Source of the DNA: Macrostomum lignano
Taxonomy: Eukaryota
DNA: 64,000 bases
NCBI GenBank assembly: GCA_002269645.1
Contig: NIVC01001975.1
Location: 62,001-126,000, forward strand
Direction: 5' to 3'
The stretch's first letter is position 1. Each line of letters starts with the position of its first letter. Both the position numbers and the translations under genes were made by a program. Of the stretch, positions 49,821 through 62,024 are shown one piece after another. The notes below the pieces were generated by a model. It was not told the DNA's origin and made no database searches. It worked only from the letters and a program-made list of their open reading frames with translations.

Positions 49821-50484
49821 GGCAGTGCTTATCCCCACGGTACCGTAGGAATAATTTCTGTCTTATCCCAACGGTACCGTGCGAATAATTTTCTGCTTAT
49901 CCGCACGGCACACTGAGGAGATAGCTGCCCTATCTTCTACATATGCCGTGCGAATAATTTTCTGCTTATCCGCACGGCACACTGACGAGATAGCTGCCCT
50001 ACACGTCCTCTGTTTTATTCCCTCTGCTTTACTAGCTGCCCTATCTGCTACATATATATGCTGTGCTGTGCGTGAATAGTTTATAGCTTATTGAAAGGGA
50101 ATTTGAACTGAGGATACTAAGAAGCTATTGATCTTGATGTAAAAACTCGAATAAGTTCTAGACTAGTATATGCATGTGTAAATGCATGTTATTCTGCTTT
50201 ACTGATACCCTTCTGTATACTTATTCAACAATAATTCAACAAAGTTGTTATACTGCACTCAAATTGTATCATACTAAACTTCCCACACGGCATATGTAGA
50301 AAATAGGGCAGCTATCTCGTCAGTGTGCCGTGTGGATAAGCAGAAAATTATTCCCACGGCATATGTAGAAGATAGGGCAGCTATCTCCTCAGTGTGCCAT
50401 GCGGATAAGCAGAAAATTATTCGCACGGTACCGTTGGAATAAGACAGAAATTATTCCTACGGTACCGTGGGGATAAGCACTGCC
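49821..50484. mobile_element. Non-autonomous Mutator/foldback-type MITE with ~180-bp modular TIRs and a 9-bp TSD
   Basis: Left end GGCAGTGCTTATCCCCACGGTACCGTAGGAATAATTTCTG is the reverse complement of the right end. TTAAAATAT lies at both 49812-49820 and 50485-50493. Confidence 0.88.
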
Positions 50485-52854
50485 TTAAAATATATATTTA
50501 TTAAATTTTGTTTCGCAGCAACTAATCAACATTGGTGTCTTTTTCAAATCTATAGGCCTATATTTGGAGTTTAGGTAAAATGGCCTAAAATTGACTATTA
50601 GCCCCCCCCCCTACTGAATGACTATTACCAAAATGTTTTTGTCTATATTTATCTATCTAAGTATATGTGATTGATTTTAGAAAAAAATTTTAGTATATAG
50701 GATTCACTAAATTTATTTTTTTTTGCATAGATTAGGCCTGTCATATCATTGGTTATAAATTATATAACTTTTGTAATGTTTATTATTTTCTATAGTAATA
50801 AATAGTAAATAACAAACATAAACAAATAATAAACAAAGTAATGTTTATTACTTTCGTAACAAAGGATGAAAATGACAATAACAATATATTTTGATATAAT
50901 ATTAAAAATAACTGCAAAAGAATTTTTAGGAAGGAAAAACAAAAAATACTCTATCAAGATATATATTTGCATATATTAAAAAGTTTAGATCCATGTAGAA
51001 AATTAATACTTGGGCCTATATATATATATACATTAGTCTATTTTCTATGATGAATGATTGCTTTTGTTCTATCAACCCAATTAAGCTAAAACTTAAGAAT
51101 AGAACTATTTTTTGTTTATGGATTCATTATACATGTAAATAGGCCTATAGATGTTTGTATAATTTTCTATTAAAATTAGATAGATATTTAGGTATAAGAA
51201 TAGAGAGATATAAGGGATATTTAAGAACTTTTATCAAAGTATATTCCAATCAGTTAGAAAGTTAGATACCTAAAGCAAAATGTTGGTAATATTAATAAGC
51301 ACAAAGAGTAAAAAGTAAAAATACAAAACAAAAGTAAAACAAATGCAAAAAAGTATACATTTCATCCCAAACTACAGTAGAAATTTTAAATTCAAATTCA
51401 AAAACATTACAAAGACATAGCTTGCAAAAAGAAAAGAGCAGTTATATTTTTCAATGCTTAGAGAAAAAAGACAACTATATTCCATATAGCTACTTCATAA
51501 TTTATTGCAAGGCTTTGAATTTAAAGTTCCAAGACAAAAAGTTTCTTTATTTTTCTTAGATGGCTTTGTAGTAAAAGGTATGCTCTTTTAGGCATGAGTA
51601 AAAAAGCTGAAGGCACTCTTGTTTAACATTATCATCTTGCTAGATATAAGTATAACTATGAATTATATAGAGCTTTTAAAAAGCTCCTTAATGGCAAAAA
51701 GTGCTGTTGCTATGCCACCCTTTATAACATTTGAAAAGACTTAGTTGCCTATCATTGTCAAAAATAAAGTGCCAGTAGCCAATTTTATATATTTATGTAT
51801 TACATTTACACTTATTATAGAACTAATTGACTAACTACAATAAGTCTATAGGTATAAGCATTTTTCCTGCTTGCAATATTTGCTGTAAGTATAGAGTTAT
51901 TATTTTCTAGTTAATATGTCACTAAAGTAGTACTAGAACATTACATTTATACCATTGAATTCAATGGCAGTAGCAACATACTGAATTTGAGCATTACCAA
52001 TTGTGCAGTATTAGTATTAGTCTTTAGTCTTTCCACTCTAGCTAAATTGGCCTAGAAACCAATAGGTTATCTCAGCAGATCTTCCTTGCTTGATGATGTT
52101 GGCACTAGAGTTAATATGCTTGCTTAAGAGTTCATAACTACTTCTAAAGTTTAAGTAGCTTTCAAACAGTCAGATTTGAGTTCATGATATCTTGGATTAT
52201 TGCCTTTTTGACTTTGCCTTTGATGTCTGACTTTCCTGCAGGGCACAATGTAAAAATGAGCAGATAAGTCTTTGTTGCTTATATTTGCAATTGCAAAATA
52301 CTGCAAACATTGCCAGTTAAAGCTTGCATCAAACTAGGCGCAACTAAAACTTGGATTCTTGTTGAGAAATACTGGAGAGTCAAAATTAATTAAATACAAA
52401 TAATTACATGTTGATTAACAAGGTATTAATAAATATAGTAAATCTCTCTCTAGTGATTTTTGTTTTTATTAAAAGATTAATTCTGTTTTAATCTTTTTTC
52501 TGTTAAAATATAGATGCCCACTCAATACATATATGGGCAACTTCCCAAATTTACATTGACAATGTAAATGTTAATACAGTTTGTTATAATAAGCAAAAAA
52601 CAAGTAAAAATAGATATTACAAATTATTTCTTTTTCTATCAAATATACATCACCTAATCATTTTATCCATGCATAGAGTCCTTAGACCTCTATGGTATCC
52701 TCCCTCTTCGACTTCTCCCTGGAAAATATTTTCTATTACTCAGCAAATTAACTTATTCTAGGCAATTCATTTCAGCTATGCTCAACATTTCGCACCTCTA
52801 ACTAATAACATTGTTATATTTGCTTTCAGCCAACTCTCCCAGTTAAACCAAATC

Positions 52855-55800
52855 ATGAAACCCATATGCCTCCTCGGCCACATGAGGTCCATAACGCAGG
52901 TCCGATTCAATCGGGATGGAGATTTAATTTTCACCTGCGCCAAAGATCCGCATCCTTCGATTTGGTTTGCTTTGAATGGCGAACGCCTTGGCAGCCTGGT
53001 TGGACACAATGGCGCCGTGTGGTGCGTTGACTGCCGTTGGGACAGCGAAAAGGTCAGTGACAGTTCGCCGGTGGTCTGCTGTTTTTTACAGAGTCGCTAG
53101 CAGTGACTCAGTGAGGTGTCACAGGTTAAGCTAGCAGTGACTCAGTGAGGTGTCACAGGTTAAGCTAGCAGTGACTCAGTGAGGTGTCACAGGTTTAACT
53201 TGCAGTGACTCAGTGAGGTGTCACAGGTTTAACTAGCAGTGACTCAGTGAGGTGTCACAGGTTAAGCTAGCAGTGACTCAGTGAGGTGTCACAGGTTTAA
53301 CTTGCAGTGACTCAGTGAGGTGTCACAGGTTTAACTAGCAGTGACTCAGTGAGGTGTCACAGGTTAAACTAGCAGTGAGGTGTCACAGGTTAAACTTGCT
53401 GTGACTCAGTGAGGTGTCACAGGTTAAACTTGCAGTGACTCAGTGAGTGTCACAGGTTAAACTTGCAGTGACTCAGTGAGTGTCACAGGTTAAACTAGCA
53501 GTGACTCAGTGAGGTGTCACAGGTTAAACTAGCAGTGAGGTGTCACAGGTTAAACTAGCAGTGACTCAGTGAGGTGTCACAGGTTAAACTAGCAGTGACT
53601 CAGTGAGGTGTCACGGGTTAAACTAGCAGTGACTCAGTGAGGTGTCACAGGTTAAACTTGCATTGACTCAGTGAGGTGTCACAGGTTAAACTAGCAGTGA
53701 CTCAGTGAGGTGTCACAGGTTAAACTAGCAGTGACTCAGTGAGGTGTCACAGGTTAAACTTGCATTGACTCAGTGAGGTGTCACAGGTTAAACTAGCAGT
53801 GACTCAGTGAGTGTCACAGGTTAAACTAGCAGTGACTCAGTGAGTGTCACAGGTTAAACTAGCAGTGAGGTGTCACAGGTTAAACTAGCAGTGACTCAGT
53901 GAGGTGTCACAGGTTAAACTAGCAGTGACTCAGTGAGGTGTCACAGGTTAAACTAGCAGTGACTCAGTGAGGTGTCACAGGTTAAACTAGCAGTGACTCA
54001 GTGAGTGTCACAGGTTAAACTAGCAGTGACTCAGTGAGGTGTCACAGGTTAAGCTAGCAGTGACTCAGTGAGGTGTCACAGGTTAAACTTGCAGTGACTC
54101 AGTGAGGTGTCACAGGTTAAACTTGCAGTGACTCAGTGAGGTGTCACAGGTTAAACTTGCTGTGACTCAGTGAGGTGTCACAGGTTAAACTTGCAGTGAC
54201 ACAGGGAGGTGTCACAGGTTAAACTTGCAGTGACTCAGTGACGTGTCACAGGTTAAACTTGCTGTGACTCAGTGAGGTGTCACAGGTTAAACTTGCAGTG
54301 ACACAGGGAGGTGTCACAGGTTAAACTTGCAGTGACTCAGTGAGGTGTCACAGGTTAAACTTGCTGTGACTCAGTGAGGTGTTACAGGTTAAACTAGCAG
54401 TGACTCAGTGAGGTGTTACAGGTTAAACTAGCAGTGACTCAGTGAGGTGTCACAGGTTAAACTTGCTGTGACTCAGTGAGGTGTCACAGGTTAAACTTGC
54501 AGTGACTCAGTGAGGTGTTACAGGTTAAACTAGCAGTGACTCAGTGAGGTGTCACAGGTTAAGCTAGCAGTGACTCAGTGAGGTGTCACAGGTTAAACTA
54601 GCAGTGACTCAGTGAGGTGTCACAGGTTAAACTAGCAGTGACTCAGTGAGGTGTCACAGGTTAAACTTGCAGTGACTCAGTGAGGTGTCACAGGTTAAAC
54701 TTGCAGTGACTCAGTGAGGTGTTACAGGTTAAACTAGCAGTGAGGTGTCACAGGTTAAACTAGCAGTGACTCAGTGAGGTGTCACAGGTTAAACTTGCAG
54801 TGACTCAGTGAGGTGTCACAGGTTAAACTTGCAGTGACTCAGTGAGGTGTCACAGGTTAAACTAGCAGTGACTCAGTGAGGTGTCAAAAGTGTAAACTTA
54901 TCCTCATACTCATTGGACTCACAACTAATAATACCCAGGTGTTAACCGGATCTGCCGACAACAGCGCCAAGCTGTGGGACACGGAGACCGGCAAGTGCGT
55001 GCTCAGCGTCGATACTAATAGCGCCGTTCGCTCTTGCGGCTTCGACTTTGCCGGCACCAGCGCTATGCTGACCACGGACAAGACCATGGGCTACAAGTGC
55101 ACCATCCTGCTGTACGATATCCGCCAGGACCCCGCCGGGCAGCCCGCCTGCCAGATGCTGGTGCCGGAGTCCAAGATAACCAGCGCCGTGTGGGGCCCAC
55201 TGAGCCGGTTCCTCATCACCGGGCACGAGAATGGCGACCTGTGCCAGATGGACGTGCGCGCTCAGAAGGTATGGGCGGGGTGGGGTCTCTGTCATGCAGG
55301 GCTAAGCTCCCAGATCCTCGGTTGCTGGGCCAGCCTCCCAGATCCCCAGTTACTGGGCCAGCCTCCCAGATCCTCAGTTGCTGGGCCAGCCTCCCAGATC
55401 CTCAGTTGCTGGGCCAGCCTCCCAGATCTTCAGTTGCTATGTAGCTAACCCTCTTAGATCTCATATTTGTGATCGCCATTGTCGTAAAACCTGGTCACAG
55501 AGCAACATCCGCCCTACAGAGTCATCTCTAAAACTCGCATGCTACCCCAGGTAATAAGGACGGAGAAGCATCACAAAGGCGCCATTAACGACATTCGCAT
55601 GTACAAAGACGGCACAATGTTCGTAACAGCCAGCAAAGACCACACGGCTCGCCTAATAGACAGCTACGAGCTGCAGCTGTTCAAGACCTACAAGACCGAG
55701 CGGCCGGTCAACTCGGCTGACATCAGCCCGCTGCGGCCGCATGTGCTGCTTGGCGGCGGCCAGGAGGCCCAGGACGTCACAACGTCCGGCGCGCATGTTG

Positions 55801-55988
55801 GCAAATTTGATGCAAAATTTTTCCACACAGTCTACGAGGAGGAATTCGCCAGGGTCAAAGGCCACTTCGGACCCATCAACTCCGTCGGCTTCACGCCCGA
55901 CGGTCGCGGCTTCGTCACTGGCGGCGAGGACGGCTTCGTCCGTTTGCACTCATTCGACAATGACTACTTTGACTTTGAATTTGAGTAG
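52855..55988 (+). CDS. EIF3I: Eukaryotic translation initiation factor 3 subunit I (WD40), 321 aa, 3 coding exons
   Basis: join(52855-53052, 54939-55268, 55551-55988), GT-AG, phase 0. [87 protein letters not shown]. Confidence 0.96.
53097..54886. repeat. 34-bp minisatellite GCAGTGACTCAGTGAGGTGTCACAGGTTAAACTA (~50 units) filling eIF3i intron 1
   Basis: Direct tandem units, with occasional 8-bp-shorter variants. Confidence 0.95.
55300..55440. repeat. 28-bp tandem repeat GCCAGCCTCCCAGATCCTCAGTTGCTGG in eIF3i intron 2
   Basis: About 5 units. Confidence 0.85.
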
Positions 55989-56075
55989 TAGATTGTGTGC
56001 GGATAGATGCACTGCCTGAGATCCATTGAGATGCAGCTCTGTAGTCTCTTAATGCTTGGTCTGTTATGTCTCACC

Positions 56076-56490
56076 CACAGATACAAGAATAACTGGATGG
56101 GCCACTCAGCACATTTGCGTGCAAGCTACTTCCAGTTCAGTAGTAAGTTAAACAGACGCATTTTAATGTATTTTTAAAGCCAAGGCTCATTTATTGGCTC
56201 TTACCCCCCTCCAAGCTTAAACCCAAAACTCCACACGAAGCCTTTACCCTTACCTCGCCACCCAATTTTTATTATCTTCCTCAGTTGTTCCAGCCTGAAC
56301 TTTAAGCTTATGGCTGAACCAATTAGCAAGCTGTTTACGCCTGCAAGCTTGGGCTTCTAAACTTATCAAAGTTATAAAACTTATAAAATAGCTTATGTAT
56401 TCTTCATTGCTACTGAACTGAAAGTAGGAAGCTGTTTTGCTAAGTATGTATGCATGAGTGGTGGTTCATCTAGTTATTCTTGTATCTGTG
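56076..56490 (+). mobile_element. MITE with TIR CACAGATACAAGAATAAC and a perfect 8-bp TSD (hAT- or P-type)
   Basis: Ends CACAGATACAAGAATAACTGGATG / CATCTAGTTATTCTTGTATCTGTG. GTCTCACC lies at 56068-56075 and 56491-56498. Confidence 0.88.
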
Positions 56491-56519
56491 GTCTCACCTG
56501 GTTGCGGGCGGTATATAAG

Positions 56520-56525
56520 AATAAA
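56520..56525 (+). terminator. Candidate eIF3i polyadenylation signal AATAAA
   Basis: First canonical hexamer noticed after the stop codon; it lies 3' of the MITE. Confidence 0.4.
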
Positions 56526-57984
56526 AATCTGATAGGCTCTGTGAAATTTCTGTTTTTGAGTTTTCTTTATTTGCTGCTTCCATAGTAATTAGTTTGATCA
56601 TTAGTATATTTAGATAAACCTATCTAATGCTTTCAAACCAATTTCATATCTGTGAGAGATTCCATCTAGACTACTGAGAAAAGTAGACGAGTAAATATTT
56701 AAATCGTAAAAACACACTGTTGTGGTCATAGACGTTTTATAGCTTGCTTAATTTTACCAATGTGTCCATATTCAAACTGGCTAGAGGTCATGTCTATGGC
56801 CAAACCACTGCTCTCTTGCACAGAAGCGGTGCCTTAGACTTGCTAGAGAAATTGGTTTGAATTAAAAGCAGCCTAGCGGTAGCTGGGTGCCCGGGCTCGA
56901 TTCCGCGTTAAGCCGGCTAAAATTTGAAATATACCACAGGAAGGGGATGTAAACTTGAGAGTCAAAATTGAGCCGGAAGCATTGGGTCCCGATTTCTCTA
57001 CCCCAATCCCTTCCCCCGAAAAACCCAAGCGCTTTAACCCGACCACAAACCCCCCTTGACGCTATTTATGTCTCCATCAAGGCGGGAAAACCTGGGGTGG
57101 GAGGATAATATAAACAATACTAAGAGATAAATCATAATGGAGGCATAACATAGCATTACTTTCGCTCCTATTTTTCATATACGTTCATACGTTCACCACT
57201 GAGCTGCTCTGCCCTGCAGATAGATAGCACAGTACCTGTTGTACTTTAGAATAACAAGCTTAGAATAGATCAAAGATCATATATACACAATATGGGCCTC
57301 TCATTAACCGCCTATGTGGCCATAGAAGCCAATGTAAAAATATTCCGCAACTCGCAACAGCGCGAAAATCAACTACTACTGAACTCAATTTCGTCAGTAG
57401 TCTCTGCAGCGCATGTATCATTCTTAGTTTGATTAAGTAGCTTTTTATTAGCTCATTTATATCTGACGGAGTGAGGTCAAACTTTTATTATCAGTGCTTG
57501 GGACAGTTAATATCTTAGCTTCCGTTAATGGCAAAACCATTAGTGTTGAGACAAAACGATTTCTTAATTATTAATTCTAATTTTCGTTCCAACAGAAAAA
57601 AATTTAACTGCTGGTCCTTCTTAAACGTACATGTGCTTGTATATATTTAATGCAAAAACGCAGAATTCTAAAAGGTGCGCTTTAAATAAAAGTCAATGAG
57701 ACAGAAATTAACTTTTTTAATGGATATTTTAAGAAATTCTCAAAAAAAGCGTCTATGTCCCTAAGCTGCTGAACTCAAATTGAAGCGCAAATGACGAAAA
57801 ACAGCGGTCGCGCTTTCGCTTTTAACCGCAATTACTAAGTGGCCTATCCAGGGAATATAAGATCTATGGAACAGACAATTTAAAAGTATTTTTAGTTCAT
57901 CAAAAATAGGAATAATCAGGTGAAATTTGCAACACTTCAGAGATTTAAAATTAGATCTTGGTCACCGCCGAACTCTGCGCAGCT

Positions 57985-60900
57985 ATGGATCCCGAGGAGA
58001 TTGCGGCGAATTTAGACTTGTTTGATGCGGAGACTCTCGATGCCCTGCTGCGTGCAATGACTGGCGACCCGCAGGACCCGGCCACTGAGATCCTGCAGCA
58101 GCAGCAACAGCAAGGCATGATGGAGTTGCAGATGCAAGTACAGCCGCCGCCGCCCCAATCGAACAAACAAGTTGCACCGTCGGAGAATCAGCCACCTGCT
58201 CAGCAGCGTGTTCAGCATCATGCTCAGCCACCTGCACAGCCACCTGCTCAGCTACCTGCTCAGCCACCTGCTCAGCAGCCTGCTCAGCAGAATGTTCAGC
58301 CACCTGCACAGCCACCTGCTCAGCCACCTGCTCAGCCACCTGCTCAGCCACCTGCTCAGCCACCTGCACAGCCACCTGCACAGCCACTTGCACAGCCACC
58401 TGCTCAGCCACCTGCTCAGCCACCTGCACAGCCACCTGCACAGCCACCTGCTCAGCCACCTGCTCAGCCACCTGCACAGCCACTTGCACAGCCACCTGCT
58501 CAGCCACCTGCTCAGCCACCTGCTCAGCCACCTGCTCAGCCACCTGCACAGCCACTTGCACAGCCACCTGCTCAGCCACCTGCTCAGCAGCATGTTCAGC
58601 AGCCACAGGTGCGTGTTCAGCAGCCACAGGTGCGTGCTCAACAGCCACAGGTGCGTGCTCAGCAGCCACAGGTGCGTGTTCAGCAGCCACAGGTGCGTGT
58701 TCAGCAGCCACAGGTGCGTGTTCAGCAGCCACAGGTGCGTGCTCAACAGCCACAGGTGCGTGCTCAACAGCCACAGGTGCGTGTTCAGCAGCCACAGGTG
58801 CGTGCTCAACAGCCACAGGTGCGTGCTCAGCAGCCACAGGTGCGTGCTCAGCAGCCACAGGTGCGTGTTCAGCAGCCACAGGTGCGTGCTCAGCAGCCAC
58901 AGGTGCGTGTACAGCAGCCACAGGTGCGTGTTCAGCAGCCACAGGTGCGTGCCCAACCGCCACAGCAGGTTGCTCAGCAGCCACAGGGTGCTCAGCCGCC
59001 TCATCAAGGAGATCGGCCTGTACAAACAGCTCAGCATCAGCAGCGGGACATGACATCGCTTGATATAGATCAGCTGCTTCAGCAGTGGCAGCAGCAGCAG
59101 CAGCAGCAGCCTCCGACACCTCAGCAGCCGCAGAACTCGATGCATGCCTCGGTCGCCGCTGAACAGGTGGACTTGGTACTCAGCGAGCTGCTTGGCATCT
59201 TTCCGGACGCCTGTCCGGATGCGACCGCTGCGGCTGCTCGGACAGCGCTGGCCGTCACTAACGGAGCACGCGAGGCCGCCATCCAGCGTGTGGTCACCGA
59301 CTATCTTGAGGGCGGCTTCAAACGGCGCGTCAAGAAGTACCAGCAGCTTCGGGAGAGCGCCGGCTCCGCTTCATCTTCATATTCGTCGCCTGGCACGGGG
59401 CCGTCGGGCCTGCAGAAGCAGCAGCAGCAGCAGCAGCAGCGGTCGTTGTCGAATCCGCAGTCCGGAGTTGCCGACTACTGGGATATCGGGGGCAGGGAGG
59501 CGCCAACTGATGCCAGGCAGATCCGCAATGCGCTGGACATTCTGCAGCTCGAGTTTCCGTACGTAAGCCATCAGACCATCAGTGCGGTCTTGGCGTCTCA
59601 CAAGCACTTGCTGGCTCCGGCTTACAGCTTTCTATACGGTCAGCTGACGGCTCTGGGACTGACAACTGAGTCGTCGTTTCCCTATCGGACTCACGGATTT
59701 TCCTACAAGATGATCTGTCCCAACCAGACTCCAACACCGCTGGTTCCCGGCCTCAAGCCGCCTCCTAATGCTATCCATTTTCTGCGCAACCGGCGGCCAA
59801 GAATGTACGGGCCCAGAGCTGCTGAGATCTATGGCCAATATCCGCATCTGGCACAGGAGCTGAAAGCTGCCAGAGATCGCTGTCGAACTGACTCTGCCGG
59901 CGAAACCACTTCAGCCAACTCCAATACTGTTGATAAAGATGGTAATATTTTCACTAACACAAAACATTCAGTCTATGCCAGTGCATCGTCTGTATTCTTT
60001 ATTATAGCCCTACCAAGTCTAAATAGTCTTGTGACTTCTCGGCCATGTGTTGTTTTGGCCATCTGATGTTTCAGTTATGTGATGTGTCGGTCACGTGATG
60101 TGTCGGTCACGTGATGTTTTAGTCATGTGATGTTTCGGTCATGTGATGTTTCTGTTATATGTTTCGTTCTTGCAATATTCTGGTCGTGATGTTTCGGCCA
60201 TGGGATGTTTCCGCAATGTGATGTGTCGGTCATGTGATGTGTCGGTCATGTGATGTTTCAGTCATGTGATGTTTTAGTCATGTGATGTTTTAGTCATGTG
60301 ATGTTTTAGTCATGTGGTGTTTCAGCCATGTGATGTTTCGGCCATGTGATGTTTCGGTCATGTGATGTTTCGGTCATGTGATGTTTTGGTCATGTGATGT
60401 TTCGGCCATGTGATGTTTCGGTCATGTGATGTTTCGGTCATGTGATGTTTCGGTCATGTGAAACAAAAACCGAACCGCCCCCTCAGAAGCGGCTTCAGCC
60501 GGCGACACGGCGCCCGCCGGCCCAGTTGACCTGGCCCAATTCGAGTGCGAGTGCTGCTACACGGAGTTCGCATTCGAGCAGATGACTCAGTGCCCTGTCG
60601 GCCATCTGTTCTGCCGGGAGTGCCTGAACGGCTACGTCAAAGAGAAGGTCTTCGGCTCCGGCACTACCTCATTCGACTGCATGGCCGACGGCTGCGATAA
60701 CCAGTTCCTGCCGTCGCTGGTGCGCCAAGCCTTGGATCCGCAGGTGCTTGAGAAATTCGAGGATCGCCTGATGGAGGAGAATCTGCGCTCCGGCCTGGTT
60801 GACGACCAGAATTTTGTCCGCTGCCCGACCTGCCAGTGGGGCGCCATTCTCGACCCCGGTGTGAAAGTGTTCGCCTGCCAGAACTGCGAGTTGGAGACCT

Positions 60901-62024
60901 GCCGCGAATGCGGCCAGGACTGGTCTGAGCACTTTGGCAAGAAATGCTCGGAACTCGAGCAGAATAGTGAGTTCATATTTGTCCCTCGTCAAACTGCCTC
61001 ACGCTCCCCTATGCAGCATCCTGTTGTTTTTCATTCATCACAGTCCCCTTCATTCATCACAATTCCCCTCATTCATCACACTCTCTTCAGCCATCACATT
61101 CTTCATTGCGGCATTACAATCCCCATCCCGGTATCACATTCCCTATACCGACATCACATTCCCTATACCAGCATCACATTCCCTATACCGACGTCACATT
61201 CCCTATACCGGCATCACATTCCCTATACCGGCATCACATTCCCTATACCGACGTCACATTCCCTATACCGACATCACATTCCCTATACCGACATCACATT
61301 CCCTATACCGACATCACATTCCCTATACCGGCATCACATTCCCTATACCAGCATCACATTCCCTATACCGACGTCACATTCCCTATACCGACATCACATT
61401 CCCTATACCGAGATCACATTCCCTATACCGACATCACATTCCCTATACCGGCATCACATTCCCTATACCGAGATCACATTCCCTATACCGACATCACATT
61501 CCCTATACCGGCATCACATTCCCTATACCGAGATCACATTCCCTATACCGACATCACATTCCCTATACCGACATCACATTCCCTATACCGACATCACATT
61601 CCCTATATCGGCATCACATTCCCCGCGCCGCATCGCAGGTGAGACGAAGCTGCGCAGGGACTACGAGGAGCGCATGACCCGAGCCAGACTGCGCGAGTGC
61701 CACAAGTGCCACGCCTCAATCTACAAAACTGACGGCTGCAACCACATCACCTGCCGCTGCCGCGCCCACTTCTGCTACATCTGCCGGCAGCCGCTGCTGA
61801 CCAAGGACCCCTATGCTCATTTCTGCAACCATCCGAAGAACCCTAGCGACAAGGGCTGCCCGCAGAAGTGCGGCAAGTGCCTGCTGTACACGGACACAAA
61901 GCAGGATGAAGATCTGGCGATTAGGGATCTACAAGATGAGGCTCGAAAGCGAAGGCGGGAAGAGGGATTTGAGGATGACAAACTTTTTGGAGCGCCACAG
62001 TCTCCTAAGCGAAGGAAGAACTGA
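57985..62024 (+). CDS. RNF216: RBR (RING1-IBR-RING2) E3 ubiquitin ligase, RNF216/TRIAD3-like, ~940 aa, 3 exons
   Basis: join(57985-59941, 60487-60966, 61639-62024), GT-AG, 2823 nt. RING1 FECECCYTEFAFEQMTQCPVGHLFCRECL..VFGSG..CMADGC. IBR VRCPTC..FACQNC..TCREC..WSEH..C. RING2 RECHKC..KTDGCNHITCRCRAHFCYICR...YAHFCNHP. CUE-like segments (ILQLEFPYVS) lie upstream. Confidence 0.9.
58195..58950 (+). repeat. Coding tandem repeats: 12-nt (PAQP)n, then 21-nt (QQPQVR[A/V])n
   Basis: In frame within exon 1 of the RNF216-like gene. Confidence 0.85.
60064..60460. repeat. 16-bp minisatellite GTCATGTGATGTTTCG in RNF216-like intron 1
   Basis: Direct tandem units. Confidence 0.92.
61111..61624. repeat. 20-bp minisatellite CCCTATACCGACATCACATT in RNF216-like intron 2
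   Basis: Period 20, in register with the 60-nt lines. Confidence 0.95.

Noticed and set aside
56866-56920. Second SINE-like A/B-box pair (GCCTAGCGGTAG...GGGCTCGATTCC)
   Set aside because: Box spacing is too short, the B-box is imperfect, and there is no matching body or tail.
59942-60066. C-terminus of the 702-aa track ORF as a real protein end
   Set aside because: A GT donor at 59942 splices in frame to the RING1 exon at 60487; the read-through part is intronic.
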